Origin: Amphiscolops sp. MND2022 | Taxonomy: Eukaryota | Reading direction: 5' to 3' | Length of the DNA stretch: 64,000 nucleotides | Assembly: GCA_964187785.1 (NCBI GenBank) | Contig: OZ076411.1 | Span: forward strand, 23,064,001-23,128,000 | Shown: positions 26,204 through 38,400 of the stretch, piece by piece | How positions within the stretch are numbered: the first letter of the stretch is position 1 | Layout of the letters: the number at the start of each line of letters is the position of its first letter | The notes under the pieces: generated by a model | The model's database searches: none | Told to the model about the DNA's origin: nothing | The model's input: the letters and a program-made list of their open reading frames with translations, nothing else | Made by a program: the position numbers and the translations under genes

Positions 26204-26246
26204 TATTAGGCCTGATGATGACTTTTCATAGTCGAAAACTTTTGTA
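26204..26246 (+). ncRNA. Hammerhead ribozyme-like motif, copy 2 (helix III variant)
   Basis: ctgatga (26212-26218), gact/agtc stem (26220-26233), gaaa (26234-26237). The helix III palindrome is broken by T at 26240. Confidence 0.45.
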
Positions 26247-27783
26247 AACATATTGTGACAGTTTAACATTGACAACTAAAGCTGTTTCTACTTGTAATCG
26301 TCAATGATTCTCCCTTACTGTATTTTCGAAAAACTTATTGCAATAAATTGTTACACGGTGTCAACTTGCAATGAGTACCTGAGAAGTAGATGGAACAGAA
26401 TATTCAAGAACGCGCTCACGACTACCCCACTGGATTGGTCAATCACTCAAATTGAATTGGAAGTGATTGCCTATCCAAAAACGACAAGCAGACACCTAGA
26501 AAGAACTATCAACAAGCTCCTTTTGAATTGCAACGTGGAACTGGCAGAGTATGCGTACAAAATTTGGCGAGCGGAGACTCCGCTCTGCCCTTGTCGAGTA
26601 GAGGCAGAATCAGTCACGCACTACTTATTCTTCTGCCCCCTGTACGAGCAGTTTCGTGCGCCCGATTTTGCCGCAGGAAACATCTATTCACTTACCTGGA
26701 CCACGAACCTGAAAAATTTCATCATAGATTCTGGACGTTTCGAAAGAAGCACAGAAAGGAAGCGACACTTTCAAGAGAGTACTCGACTACTAAAGACTCA
26801 TAATTTTTGAGGCTATGACTAACAGACCTTCAACTTTTACTTTATTTACTCAGAACTGATACCAAGTGCCTAAAACATAATTGTTAGATTACCCGCAATA
26901 TAGGGGTTGTGTAGATTCTATATATATAAAGTTACGAATTTTTTTCCTCTATCAGATAAGGATCTTCATCAATCAAGTGCCATGTGTATCATCATGTTGG
27001 GGGGAGAAGACACACCCGTGGTCTGCAACGAACGTCTGCAGATTCACTTCAAGTGAATACTTATTCAAATGAGTGTTTCAAATTTCTAGGCAATACCTTA
27101 GCACCTAGAGGTTTTCCGCTCTGACAAGTTACGAAATTACTTTCGATCTCGTTCCTTAGACCTTAGTTGCGGTCCCAAGTAGCGAGGACCTAAAGACAAT
27201 GCTCATTCCCTGTCTTGAAACATTGATTTTCGGACGATCTTCCCGAAGCACTTTTTAGACTTAGCATCCCCATCCTCCCCACACGTGAAGACCATTACCA
27301 CACCAAATTATTGCCGTGTTTGTAGTAGTTTGTCGTTTTTATTGCCGATGTAAATATTTTTGAAACATGGCTTTCTTTGAACCTAAATTTGTCACGGTAA
27401 ATACTACTACTACTAAAAGACTAAATTGATTCTAGTCAACACAAAAATATTTGATGATATTTACATATACAGATTTTTTTAACAACAGCTACATTCCAGG
27501 AACATTTTACAGCTGCATGTTTAGTTTTGTAATGGTTCCAGTAAATTCTCCTTAGATCGGATTCAAATGCTGCAGGGTGGTTTGGCAGTTTGATGTTGTA
27601 TTCATGTTGTACAAAATTGCTCAGTTTAATGATTCGATTGAAGAAAAATTCCCATGTACACTTCAAACGTGTGTTGTCAGACATGAATGTATTTCTGGAC
27701 TACAGCGAGGAACCATGTTCTCCCCGCAATTTTGTGCCTCATTTATACTGCTTTCAGATTCATGCATGCCTTGAGATCCAGTA

Positions 27784-27844
27784 ATGGAAAAGTTGTTGAA
27801 ACGCATAGAAGAGCAGAAACAGGGCCGTGTCGCCACTAAAAACG
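27784..27844 (+). CDS. CEP350: Candidate first coding exon of CEP350
   Basis: ATG gives MEKLLKRIEEQKQGRVATKN followed by G|gttagc. This phase-1 donor is compatible with the phase-1 acceptor at 29267, and the same donor hexamer is used at 31437. No homology support. Confidence 0.3.
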
Positions 27845-27854
27845 GTTAGCTTTT

Positions 27855-27941
27855 CTTCAAGTGAATACTTTTTCAAATGAGTGTTTTAAATTAAATTTCT
27901 AGGCAATACCTTAGCACCTAGAGGTTTTCCGCCCTGACAAG
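27855..27941 (+). repeat. Isolated copy of the LINE 3' terminal ~80 bp
   Basis: Matches 27047-27128 (cttcaagtgaatact...gcaataccttagcacctagaggttttccgc.ctgacaag). Confidence 0.8.
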
Positions 27942-28192
27942 GATATCGATGCTTTTATGGCGAACCGTAATTTTTTGTTATTTTTCCAGCTCTACCAGAT
28001 TTGTTTGAAATCAAAAGTTACATTCTTTGCATAATACTAGTAATGGTTGATGCATTATGTCCAGCAAAAATTTCAGTTGTGCTCATATTTTGTCAATCGA
28101 AATTGGCATTTTTCAAGTGCCTGTGTTTTCTAGTTCCTGGCATTTTATTGACACAAAACTAATATGGGCATGAATAGTCGAATTTGTTAACA

Positions 28193-28663
28193 AACAAGAC
28201 GGGAACGTCTAAAATCGGCGCTATCTAAGGCTCAAAAAGCGCAAAAGACTTTTTTTTGAAAATTTTTTGATTTTTTTTCTTTCAGAAAATGTCGCATAGT
28301 GCCGAAAAATGTAAAAGGGGGACCCTTTGGGCTTTATTAACATATATTCTGTTGAAAAATATCAAAAAACTCGAAAGGGGGACTCTTTTGAGACATTAAA
28401 AAATTTTCGGAAAAAGTCGCACAATGCCGAAAAAAATCGAAAGGCGGGACCCTTTAGTCTCGTCCGGTTTTGTAGGTTACGTTAAAATAGTAAAAAATGA
28501 AAGGAGGGACCCTTTTGCACTAATTTCCGCTGACCGGACTTGGCCTTATGGTAGTAGTTTTAGTAGTTTCGATTGTAAGAAAAGTGGCCCAATCAGAGTG
28601 AGATTGTAGTCTGACGAAAAAAAACTAGCCGTAAGTGTCGGGCACTTTTCCCTAGACTAAAAA
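28193..28663 (+). mobile_element. HINE-like family copy
   Basis: aacaagacgggaacgtctaaaatcggcgc start; degenerate gtcgggcac...gactaaaaa end. Confidence 0.7.
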
Positions 28664-29266
28664 CGCAATCCCAAGTGAATTGATGGAGCAAACGTTTCAT
28701 TTCTCAGACTAGGACAGAAATCTTATAAAAAACGATCTATAGAAAGCGTGAGCGCCAATCTTCCGAAGAAGAATTTGACTTTTTGTATTAGAGCTAGTTA
28801 TTTAGCCGACAGATTGGGAAGTATATGTGGGAGAAACATACACTCCAGAAAAGACCCGGAGAATGAAATACTCAGTATATATTAGACATTTGTGAAATGT
28901 GAATGGTGGCTTTCACGTGCCTGCTCAAACTGTTTCCGTTAAAGAACTTAACTTCACTTTATATTGGCCCGATACTGAGACTCCCTTGGGTGACGAAAGT
29001 CTTTTTCATATACCGCCCGAAAATCACGCTAGAACGCCCCATTTGCTAATATAACAATCACTAATTTGGTTAATAAGTCTAGACGAATTGCTCAAATATC
29101 GGAGCTGTAGTGGTGGTCAGCACACTAACCAAAAACGCCAGATTCTTTGTTTGAATTTACTTCTCTAACGAAACGTTGATGTTTTGTTTTGAAAATGCTG
29201 AATCAATTTTTGTTTTCTCAACCACTTCTGCGTTGAAAGTTGTTATACTCAGTCATTGAATTTTAG

Positions 29267-29413
29267 ATATTGGCGAATTTTTCCACCAAGATGCATTGGC
29301 TGGTCACGAGGGTGCTTCTTTGGGGGCGTCCGGAACCGAAGGTTATGATCATCACAATACGCAACCTAAAGTTCGCAAAGTGACCCAAGGCCCTCCGCCG
29401 CCCAATTATAAAG
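29267..29413 (+). CDS. CEP350: CEP350 exon (DIGEFFHQ...PPNYKG)
   Basis: ttttag| ... G|gtttga; contains VRKVTQGPPPPNYK. Confidence 0.8.
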
Positions 29414-32400
29414 GTTTGAAATTATTGTCTTAATTTTAATTGAAATCAATTTCTGCTCTAGTGCATCGGGCATTTGGCATTGAGATCCTATGATTTCAGG
29501 TTTCAGTAAAATTGAAGATCTTAACTCAGTTCATCTCAAGCCGACATCATCTGGTGAGTTGACTGTATTACTTTATTCATTTGGTGAATTGTATAGCGGT
29601 GTTCAAAGTATTGCAACCTCATTGCCTAACAGAAAAATTCAAATATCACAAAAGCTATCGCGAACGTACCGGCTAGCTTTTTTTGAATTTTCGTCGAAAT
29701 TTTAACGACTCGTGTAGCAAATGTCAATTGCATTGTAAATTTGAGTTTCAGTGACTTGCAATAAAAAATAATCTGAGATCTCCTGAATCGCTTGAATTTT
29801 TGTTATATTTTTTTATTGTAAATAAACGAGCACTGCAATACATGAAACAAGATAGGCTATAACAGACAGTTGCACTTAGAAAATGTAAGATATGAAATCG
29901 AATACAAGCATCAGTCAAAACATACAATCATCCTCAGGAGAGATTTGGAACAAATATTTGGCAAAGTGTTGAAATAAGGCCATAAACTAGAATTTTCAAT
30001 CTTTGAAATAGCTGCTCGCCGAAATGAGAAAAAATTATCACAATGAAATTCCAATAAACTTTGAGAAATTAGACGTTTTACTCGACTAAGTCGCATGCTT
30101 TTAGAACATCACTATACAAAGCTCGCAAACCTTTACCCAATCGTATGTACGAATCCGAGATATGGTTGCATAATCGTATTCATATGCAATCATTGGTCTA
30201 ACCCGAATTTATATCGAACTCAAATCATTTGTTGCATTGTATTTATTTGATCTATGGTAAAGCTTGCATTTGAGCGAAATTGTCTTGTTTCTTCTTTGTT
30301 CAGCGACCCAATGGTACCGTTATACCCGAATGCGTGTGTTGACTAATCTAATTGTTATATTTGCAGATCACCCTAAGCATAGCCTAACTTTGGTCAATTA
30401 TTTTGCCCGTGATTCATTCTGAAACTTTGATTTTCATACCATTCATCGCTGCTGTGGAGGCAACTTTGAGATTACCTAAGCTATACTACTTTCTTTCTAT
30501 CCTCTACCTGTCTGATGAATCGCAGCTGGGTTTTAGCCCTCGAAGTGAGAGTCGTTGAAGATTCCTCCAAAAACTCCAAGTACAGAAGTAGCTCTTCCAA
30601 ATGGCAGGCTTCAAATGAGGGAGATTCCAACAAAAGCAGTCACAAAGGTCGCGTTCCTTCCAATGCTCCTCCCCCCGTGGTGCGGAAAGTTGCAGCATAC
30701 AACGAAGAGGCTCATAAGCGAAACTCTGGCTTGTTGACCACAGATGCATGGAGACACACTACTCATTCCACACTTCCAGGTAGATGCGAACTTTTTTCAC
30801 GCCGTTTGAAAGTCAATGGAGTCAATGATACAGATATCGTTTAATAATTATTATTTAATTATCCTGATTTCAATACAAAATATATATTCAATTTATATAC
30901 ATATAAACAATAATTTAATTGTGGAATCAGGAAGAGACTTCCAAAGGGCTAGCGCCCGCTCAACAGGAAGCCTCGTGGCATCAAAAATAATAAATTGAAT
31001 GAACTTAAATAACTTGAGTTTGTGGTAAGTCACGATAGTTGAGTAAGTTGAGTTTACCGATAGGATTTTCATTTTTTTTGAAATCTTGCTCATCATTTTA
31101 TACTGAAACCAACATTTTTGAGAACATTGAAAACTGAATGATGAAATCTTTCCAAGAACCGTATCATCAATTTAAATTAGTTTTGGTCTTCTTGGACTAT
31201 ACTGTAAATGAAGTCTTTCACAGAACGTGCAAAACACGCGACTGCTGTTGCCATTGCCAATGGTCCAAGTAAAGACCCACATGTGAAGAAACACCGTGCG
31301 GCTGCTGTGAGCAACCAGGAAGCGAATAACCAAGAAGGCGTGTCTTCTCCATTAACAGTTTCCGATCAGCCATCTTTGCGACCGCCTTCGAAGACAGCTC
31401 GAGAGATTTTAGCTGAGATCCAGGACGAACACAAAGGTTAGCGATTATTGTTAGGATTTTCATTTTCTGATTGACTGAAACGTTTTTTTTTAAGACGTTA
31501 ACGGTATTTGTGATTAAAAACTTTTTTGTATTGCTTGAATATCCCTTTTATTCAAAAAGACGTTTGATAGAGGTGTTATAACTTTTATGTATTATTGTTG
31601 CTAGCGAAATAGTTTTCAGAAAGCAAGGCCCATCAATTTTCAATCAACCAATGCATGTTTTAGAAATTTCGAAGCAACTGATAGAATCTAAAGCCTCGAA
31701 AAAGAGGAAGCCCCCAAAAGATAAAGAAGCTGGAGCTGCTGTCGAAAATGCGCAGCATGAGCCACAGGAGCAAGTTGTGAGTAAAGCCAAAAACTACGAC
31801 ACTGATTCAGTGCGACAGTACATGGCGAGAAAGCGAGAGTTAGAACGACTGAAAGACAGGAAGAATCAGGAAGAAGAGAGGCGAAAACGAGAGGACAAGG
31901 AAAGGAGACTGAAAGATTTAGAGAAGAAACGACGCGAGGCGGCTTCCAAGGCTGTGAAAAGACCTGTGTTTCATCCGGACGCTGATAAGCCATCAAGAGG
32001 CTCTAGTGCACATGGGGCTAAACCCGGAGGCGGTGCCATGGGCGACGTTTCGGCCTCTGCGAGTCAGCATGACGTCGACGGAATTGGGGGCCCACATTCG
32101 CTTTTTACTTCTACTCAGAGAGCTCAAGAGGTTTGAACATTTCCCTACTAAATGTCAAATGTGAAGCTTTCATTTCAAGCGAATTTAGCAAAACATTTTA
32201 GAAATGATTTAGTACACTAGTAACATCATTTTTGCACCCTAATGATTTCAACAAAATTGATCTGTAAATTTCGATATTTTTCAGTAACTATAAATGAATC
32301 AATAAGTTGCAAGCACATCTGTAATAATGGCAGATTGAGGTTTCTGATGATCGAAGTTGGTTTTTTCGCAACAGGCTTGTCTTGTTTTGAATTCGTCACA

Positions 32401-35400
32401 CGAGTCTTCAGACAAGGAAAACAACAAGAAAACGAAGCATACTCCTGCCAACCTCGCTAAAGACCTGGGACCTGATCCCACAAAGACAGCTACTACTTTA
32501 CCTGCTCCTTCACATTCTTCTAATTATCAAACTTCCAAACCCAATAGAAATTTCAATGTTAGCGACCTCTTGAATTCCACTAGCAACACCTTCGATGGTG
32601 ACTCGAGCAGCCAAATTGGCCGAACTGCTGTGCAACATTTTGGCAGTTCTCGCACTAGCGAGGGGGGCCATGCTAAGGAGTCGATATCAACATCCGAGGT
32701 TCACGAACAGCTTAGAAGATCCAAAGCGTTACTGGCTGAGTTGAATATGAAGAGAATGGGCATACCCACCACTCTGGGTACCCGAAAAGATCCTGGATTA
32801 GACGACACTAATTTTTCGGGAGACTCCACGCTTGACAGTAAACACAAAACTGGTGCACCAGTGAACAACAAAGATGTGATGGCTTCAGGGGACGTGGATT
32901 CCGTTTCATCAACTCAGCACCCCCAATTAGCCGCCACTGACTTCAATGATAGGCTGATGAAACTTAGCAAAACAGCCAATGATTTGCGCAATCGGCTGTC
33001 CAATGAGACGAAAATCTTGGCTGATAAAATCCCACCCAGTAAGTAACGTTTTCTGAATTTTCAACTGTGATAACATTTTATCTCCATTCCTTCTTTCTTT
33101 TCTATCTGCTCCAACTTACTCAACCTTCGATTGGAATAAGATGCAAATGGTTGTATTCATTTGGAAGTTTAATCTTAGATTCATGAAGCGATGACATTTT
33201 TTGTACATTTGACTCTTCTGAAACTATCCAAAAAGATGCTGCTTGAAGTTTTCCTGAAGTGCAATTAGCCCTACTCAACTTTTTGGTACAATGCAGTATT
33301 TCAATCTAATCAGTGCTTCAATGAATGATTTTGTAGAAAATACCTTTTTGAACTTTCAGCAGTTTTAACCCAGTAGTTTTTCTTCTAGGATCCAATAACC
33401 CAAATGTCCAATTTCTACTAACCGAACTGTTGAATAACTCGGCCTCTGCTGAGACTAACAACACTGCCGCCCGTCTCAGAGAGCTAACCAATCTGCATCA
33501 AAACCTGTCTTCTCTCCCTGTCAATCCCAGTAGACAAAGTGGTGTCGCCTCTTCTGCATTGAACCGTTCTTTGCTAGACCCCATCGACGAGACCTCTCAC
33601 AACGATGATGTCATTCCAGCTGTGCCTTCCAAGCCACGTTATCACATGAAGAAGGTCGGTGCTCATAAATCAGGAGACAATTTTACGGCAAACCAAGATG
33701 CCCCGCAAGACGATTTCCAAATACCACCGAACGAAGTGGGTTGGAATGGGACCATTGGTGGACAAGTTAATGGCACCGATGGCCATGCAAACAGGCAGTA
33801 CCGAGATAAGAACTCGAAAAACTTTGGTTAGATATCATTTCTGATGTCTTCAACTGAGGGATCTATTAACTGAACAATTATTAGGAGAATTATGGGCATG
33901 AAAAAGTCTGGCAAGAGTAAGTGAAATACCCGAGCAATTAAAAAGAAGCCCTAACTTCAGAAGGAAATATTTGACACGAAATGGTACTTATAAACATGTT
34001 GCAGGGCTAAATATTTTTATGATGATTAAGTGTCAACTATTACAACTGGAGACACGAAAAGAACGTTAGCTCATTTTAACTGCATCAAAGGACACTATCA
34101 GAAAATTTTGAAGACCGGGGATTGAAATGTACGAAAAATAAGAAACAAACATCGCGAAGATCTAAGAAGATTGAAATGGACTGACAGTTACTCTATGTCA
34201 AATATGAAGGAACTATGAATATTCGAAAAGCTTTTTTTTCACTAGATGAACCGGATGGCATGAGAAATAATTGATGTTTACATGGGCGTTCCAATTAAGA
34301 GTTCAAGTTTTTCGGAAAAGAATGTCTCCAAGGGCTTTAAGGTTAGGGGTAGCATAGAAGCATGCAGAAAAATTTCTTTGAGCAAATCTGTGAAGGTAAT
34401 TTGGATTGAACTTGCTGATAGAAAGTTATGAAAGAGAATAATCATAATCTTCCTTTCCATCAATCTGATATCATTGTTATGCTAGAAAACGCAGCACCAT
34501 ACGACCGCGCCAACAGATTTTTTGAAGACCTCCAACCTTGAAGGTTGAAGAAAGTGAATCCAGATATGAAACTAGCACGAAACGTTGAAAATTCTTCAAA
34601 AATTGTTCAATTCTCATACTCTTACATTTCAGATTGTTCGAAAGATTCTAGTGAGAAATGTCAAAAAAAGTTCTTCGCATACGTTTTAGACAAAGTTAAG
34701 GTTCGAAGTTTTCTTATTTTCAGGCGACCCATTGAAGTATCGGAAACCTGGCTCCAGTAAACGTCAGAATGTTCAAAACGAATCGGTTGCCTTGACCAAT
34801 GGGGGTTCCTCTGCTAAGCAGTTCAAGTGGCAGTTGCCTGAACCAAAGTTACATGTGATGCAAATGCCCAACAACCAAAATCTAACATCTGAACAGGCGA
34901 AACTAGATAGTGCAAATCCTTCCAATTCAAACACCAGAGTGTCAGCAAGAACTGTCGTAAGTTTGTTTCAACTGAAGCAGTTTTTTGAAGAAAGTTCGAG
35001 AGATGGTTATGAGAAGAAAAATTGATCTCAACCATTGATTTTTGAGCCCTATCAATCTGCAATATCGTCGGCTTATTATTGACCGGAAATTGCGTTCAAT
35101 TGGATTTTTACCCGGCGCCTTTTCTCTTAAGGAAAAAAGCCCGACTATTACAGTGAGTAGTTTTTTTTTCAGTTGACAATCTCACTCTGAGTGGTCCACT
35201 TTTTTACAATCTTTTGTTCATTTGTTCAACTAATTTTCTGAGAAGCGAGATAGTGGGTTCGATTCTCGCACTGAACCACGAATTTTTTTATGCTTCCAAA
35301 AGTAGAGGCGAGATCAAAGGGTCCCCGCTTTGGGTTTTTTCGGCACTATGGGACTTTTCGAAAATTTTCGAATTCTATCAAAGGGTACCCCTTGCATTCG

Positions 35401-38400
35401 TACGCTGACGTCATTGAGATGAAGCGAGCGAATGTTCGTAATTGTGCTTTCGTTGCGCCGAGTTATTGAGATGAAGCGAATGAGTGTTAATTATTCGTTC
35501 GTTGAGAGCTTCGCTTGCATTCAAATGCGAATGCGAAATTTCGTCTACGCTTAGTAGTTGTATTTGCTTTAGTCCGAGATTTAAAGGCGGTATAAACTGG
35601 TACAGTGATTAATTGTGCGCTAAGTAATGATTAAACAGGAGTGTATTGGTATTCCAGATATGATTCTATTATTAATGAAAGATTAAAGCAGAAATAATGT
35701 GCCCCGGAGGGGCCTATTTTCAAGTTTGCTTCCGACCTTTCCCGGGAAATGTTTATATCAAAAATTTCATGCAATTTGAGAAAAATAAAAATCTTTAACT
35801 AGTAAAAATTCATGAAAGAAAATTCCGCTGTTTTGTGGATCTGAGATGTTTTCGAAATGGCTTCAGGAGATTCATCGATTTCTTTTGACTACGTTATTCA
35901 TCAGGAAAATTTTAGTTGGAAAGTTTCAATAAAGTCACTTTTGAATAAAATCAAGCCGATAATGGTGTTCTTTGATGTTCAAGTATCAGATTGCAGTCCA
36001 AAGTTGACCTTCGAATTACGTTGAATTGGATTTTTGTACGTGTATTTTGTTTGTGTGTTGTTCAGATTATTATTTCAACTATTTTAGGTTCAACACATCT
36101 CGAAAACGGGCAGTCCATCTACATCAACAGCAGTCTTCAGTACTAATGATATCAAGCAAACAGGTGGAAAAGGTATTGATAAATTTTGGTTCATGAACTA
36201 TTCAATGCCGGACGTAAGTCGATCCATCTCATTCTCAACTGTTGCTCTTTCTAGAAGATCTGGACACCTACATCAAAAGATTGTTGCAAGAAGCTGAGCT
36301 TCATTCGCCTGAGTCAGTGGTCGCAAACCATGCGCACGTGATCAGCAATTACTTCAATGGTGCTCAGTTCCCCCAGTCTGAAAACTTGTTGCAGAGCAGA
36401 ATTGGGGGTGGAGATCCCTTTTCAGTTATCAACATCTACACCAAACAAAAGGCCGAAGGTAAGTGAAACTGGTCTCGAATTAAATTACTCAATAATCCCG
36501 CTTCAATACTCCCAACCTTGAAAAATTTCTTTTCAATCGAATGATCATGTTTCATCAATTTTGGTAATGGCTTTTAAATCGTTATTTTTTGAAGTGTTCT
36601 TTTTCAGAATTAGCGAAATCTTCTGGAATGAATAAAGAAATGCAAATTGAAGCTCTTAAGAAAGGTCAACTGAGTTTGGACTTAGAGTTGATGTCAACAG
36701 ACGACGAAGGCCAAGAAGACACCGAGTCTCATTCGAACAACGAACAGCAAAATGTTTCAATCGGATCTCGTCACCTTGAGGAGGAAGAGCAGGCAGCCGC
36801 TTCGATTATCACTTCAAACTTACACATGGCCCGAGAGAGCCCAGGGCTGTCAGGATTGAAGGATCGCCGCTTATCGTCAACATCTTCAATTGATGTCTCG
36901 GAAATAGCGGAGGCGGTTGTTCAGGAACAGAAACATCGTAGAGCTTTGAGCCCAAAAACATCGGGTGGCATAAATCCAAATATAATTGCTGATTTCCATT
37001 TTGGAGCTGAAAGATTCTCACCTGCGACTTTAGAACAGAAATTGCTGAGTGAATTGAACTTCCTTGAGTCCATGAGTGACTCTATGCATCAGTTGACAGA
37101 TGCAGAGAAAATTTATGCTGTCGCTAACGTCCAACAAGAAACAGTAGCTTTATCCCAGATTTTGAAGGCCAGACAACAAGCTCATGAGAGTGATTTGAAG
37201 GAGTTAGCGACCAAAGCTAGACAAGAAGCAGAGGAAGCGAGTCGACAACTGAGAGAAGCTCAGCAGAAAGCTAATTATGCCGCTTTGGAAGCGGGTCTGA
37301 TGCAAAAGAAGAGCGAGGCTGAGTTGAACTTGTTGGCTCGCAGTGAGCAGTTGTTATCTAGTCAGCAAAAAGCAGCTGAAGCAACTGCTAATGCAGTAGA
37401 TCAATTAGTGAACTTGTCATCAAAAGCCAGGTACGTGGAAGGAGCGGAATCCGCCGAACCTGACGTCACTGCAAAGCAACAAGGACCCTCCAGTCAGCTA
37501 CCTCAGTCGTCGTCGACGTTCAATGGACCCACTGCCCAGCAGATAGCAACGACTGCGGCTATAGCTGCTGCAAGAGCAGTTGTGGCCGAAACTCTCAAGC
37601 AGTCGATGAGTAAGGTGTCACCAAGTCGAAGAGATGACTCATCGTCATCGCCCTTCCAAAGCAGGCTAAGAACTCCAACTGGGAGTGCGTCTTCGACTCC
37701 TACAGAAATGATGTCTCCTAGATCTATGTCCAAAAGGTCATCAATACACCGAAAGAGCTACAGTACTGACCCTGAGATGCGAAGTAGCGCTCAGTCGCCG
37801 TTATCGTCTCCACGAGGAGCGTCTGACCAGGCAACCCCCAAAGCAGCTAAGTCGTCTCATCAACCAACGAGGTCATCAATATCCGAGGAGTTGGTTTATT
37901 CCTTGAGTGCCCGCAAATCACAAGCTACGCCCCCTGTTCAGGATAGAAAAGCTGTTGAGGAGAATCACAATTTAGACGACAGCAGAACAATATACACAGA
38001 AAAATATTCAGAGATGCTGAGTGAAGCCAGTAGTCAAGGAGAAAAAGAGAAGTTGATCCCTGACAAATCTGAAGTCGAGAGCGATATCAGTTTCAGTGAT
38101 GAAAATGGGAATGCAAGTTTGCATTCTATTGGCAGCTTACAACCAGCAGAAGGCGCCCGTATGGATCCCAAAAACATCAGTGCTAGCATACAAGAAGAAA
38201 CGAGAGATTCCTTGGCATCTAAACCACCTTTGTCCCCCAAAAGAAAGGCCACATCACCTCGTCCACAAAGTGTGAAATCCCTGATATCAAGAAGCGACTC
38301 AGTTCATAGCCAGTACTCGACAGATATATCTTCGAAGGCAGACAGTCCCAGACATCAGAAAAAGTCAGTGCCCTCTTCTTCAAAGAGTAGATCGGCCGCG

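Larger units (their letters stand above)
25707..26339 (-). mobile_element. 5'-truncated Penelope-like element with inverted pseudo-LTR
   Basis: Arms 25705-25961 and 26035-26291 (257 bp, 2 mismatches). Minus strand encodes ...LLTLEALYIQKFRPALNQRDEYRRRQLTLKF*, a typical end of the Penelope GIY-YIG domain. TSD gcaataaattgt at 25695-25706 and 26340-26351. Confidence 0.85.
22976..26810 (+). pseudogene. LINE ORF2 (AP endonuclease, reverse transcriptase, C-terminal CCHC), disrupted
   Basis: APE: ILTETH, GGVSILV, SDINARHPMWG, SVIDLF, GHLPV. RT: YRPITISS, QEGFQ, IDFEKAFDSVW, GLPQGSVLSPILF, IADD. Tail CPCRVEAESVTHYLFFC. Stop at 23701, frameshifts near 23760 and 24720, insertion at 25707-26339. Confidence 0.92.
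22029..27126 (+). mobile_element. Near full-length APE-RT LINE (I/Jockey-group-like), inactivated, interrupted by a Penelope-like insert
   Basis: ORF1 and ORF2 remnants; candidate TSD agttacgaa at 22020-22028 and 27127-27135; joined flanks match an uninterrupted paralogue at 20167-20218 (- strand). Confidence 0.9.
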
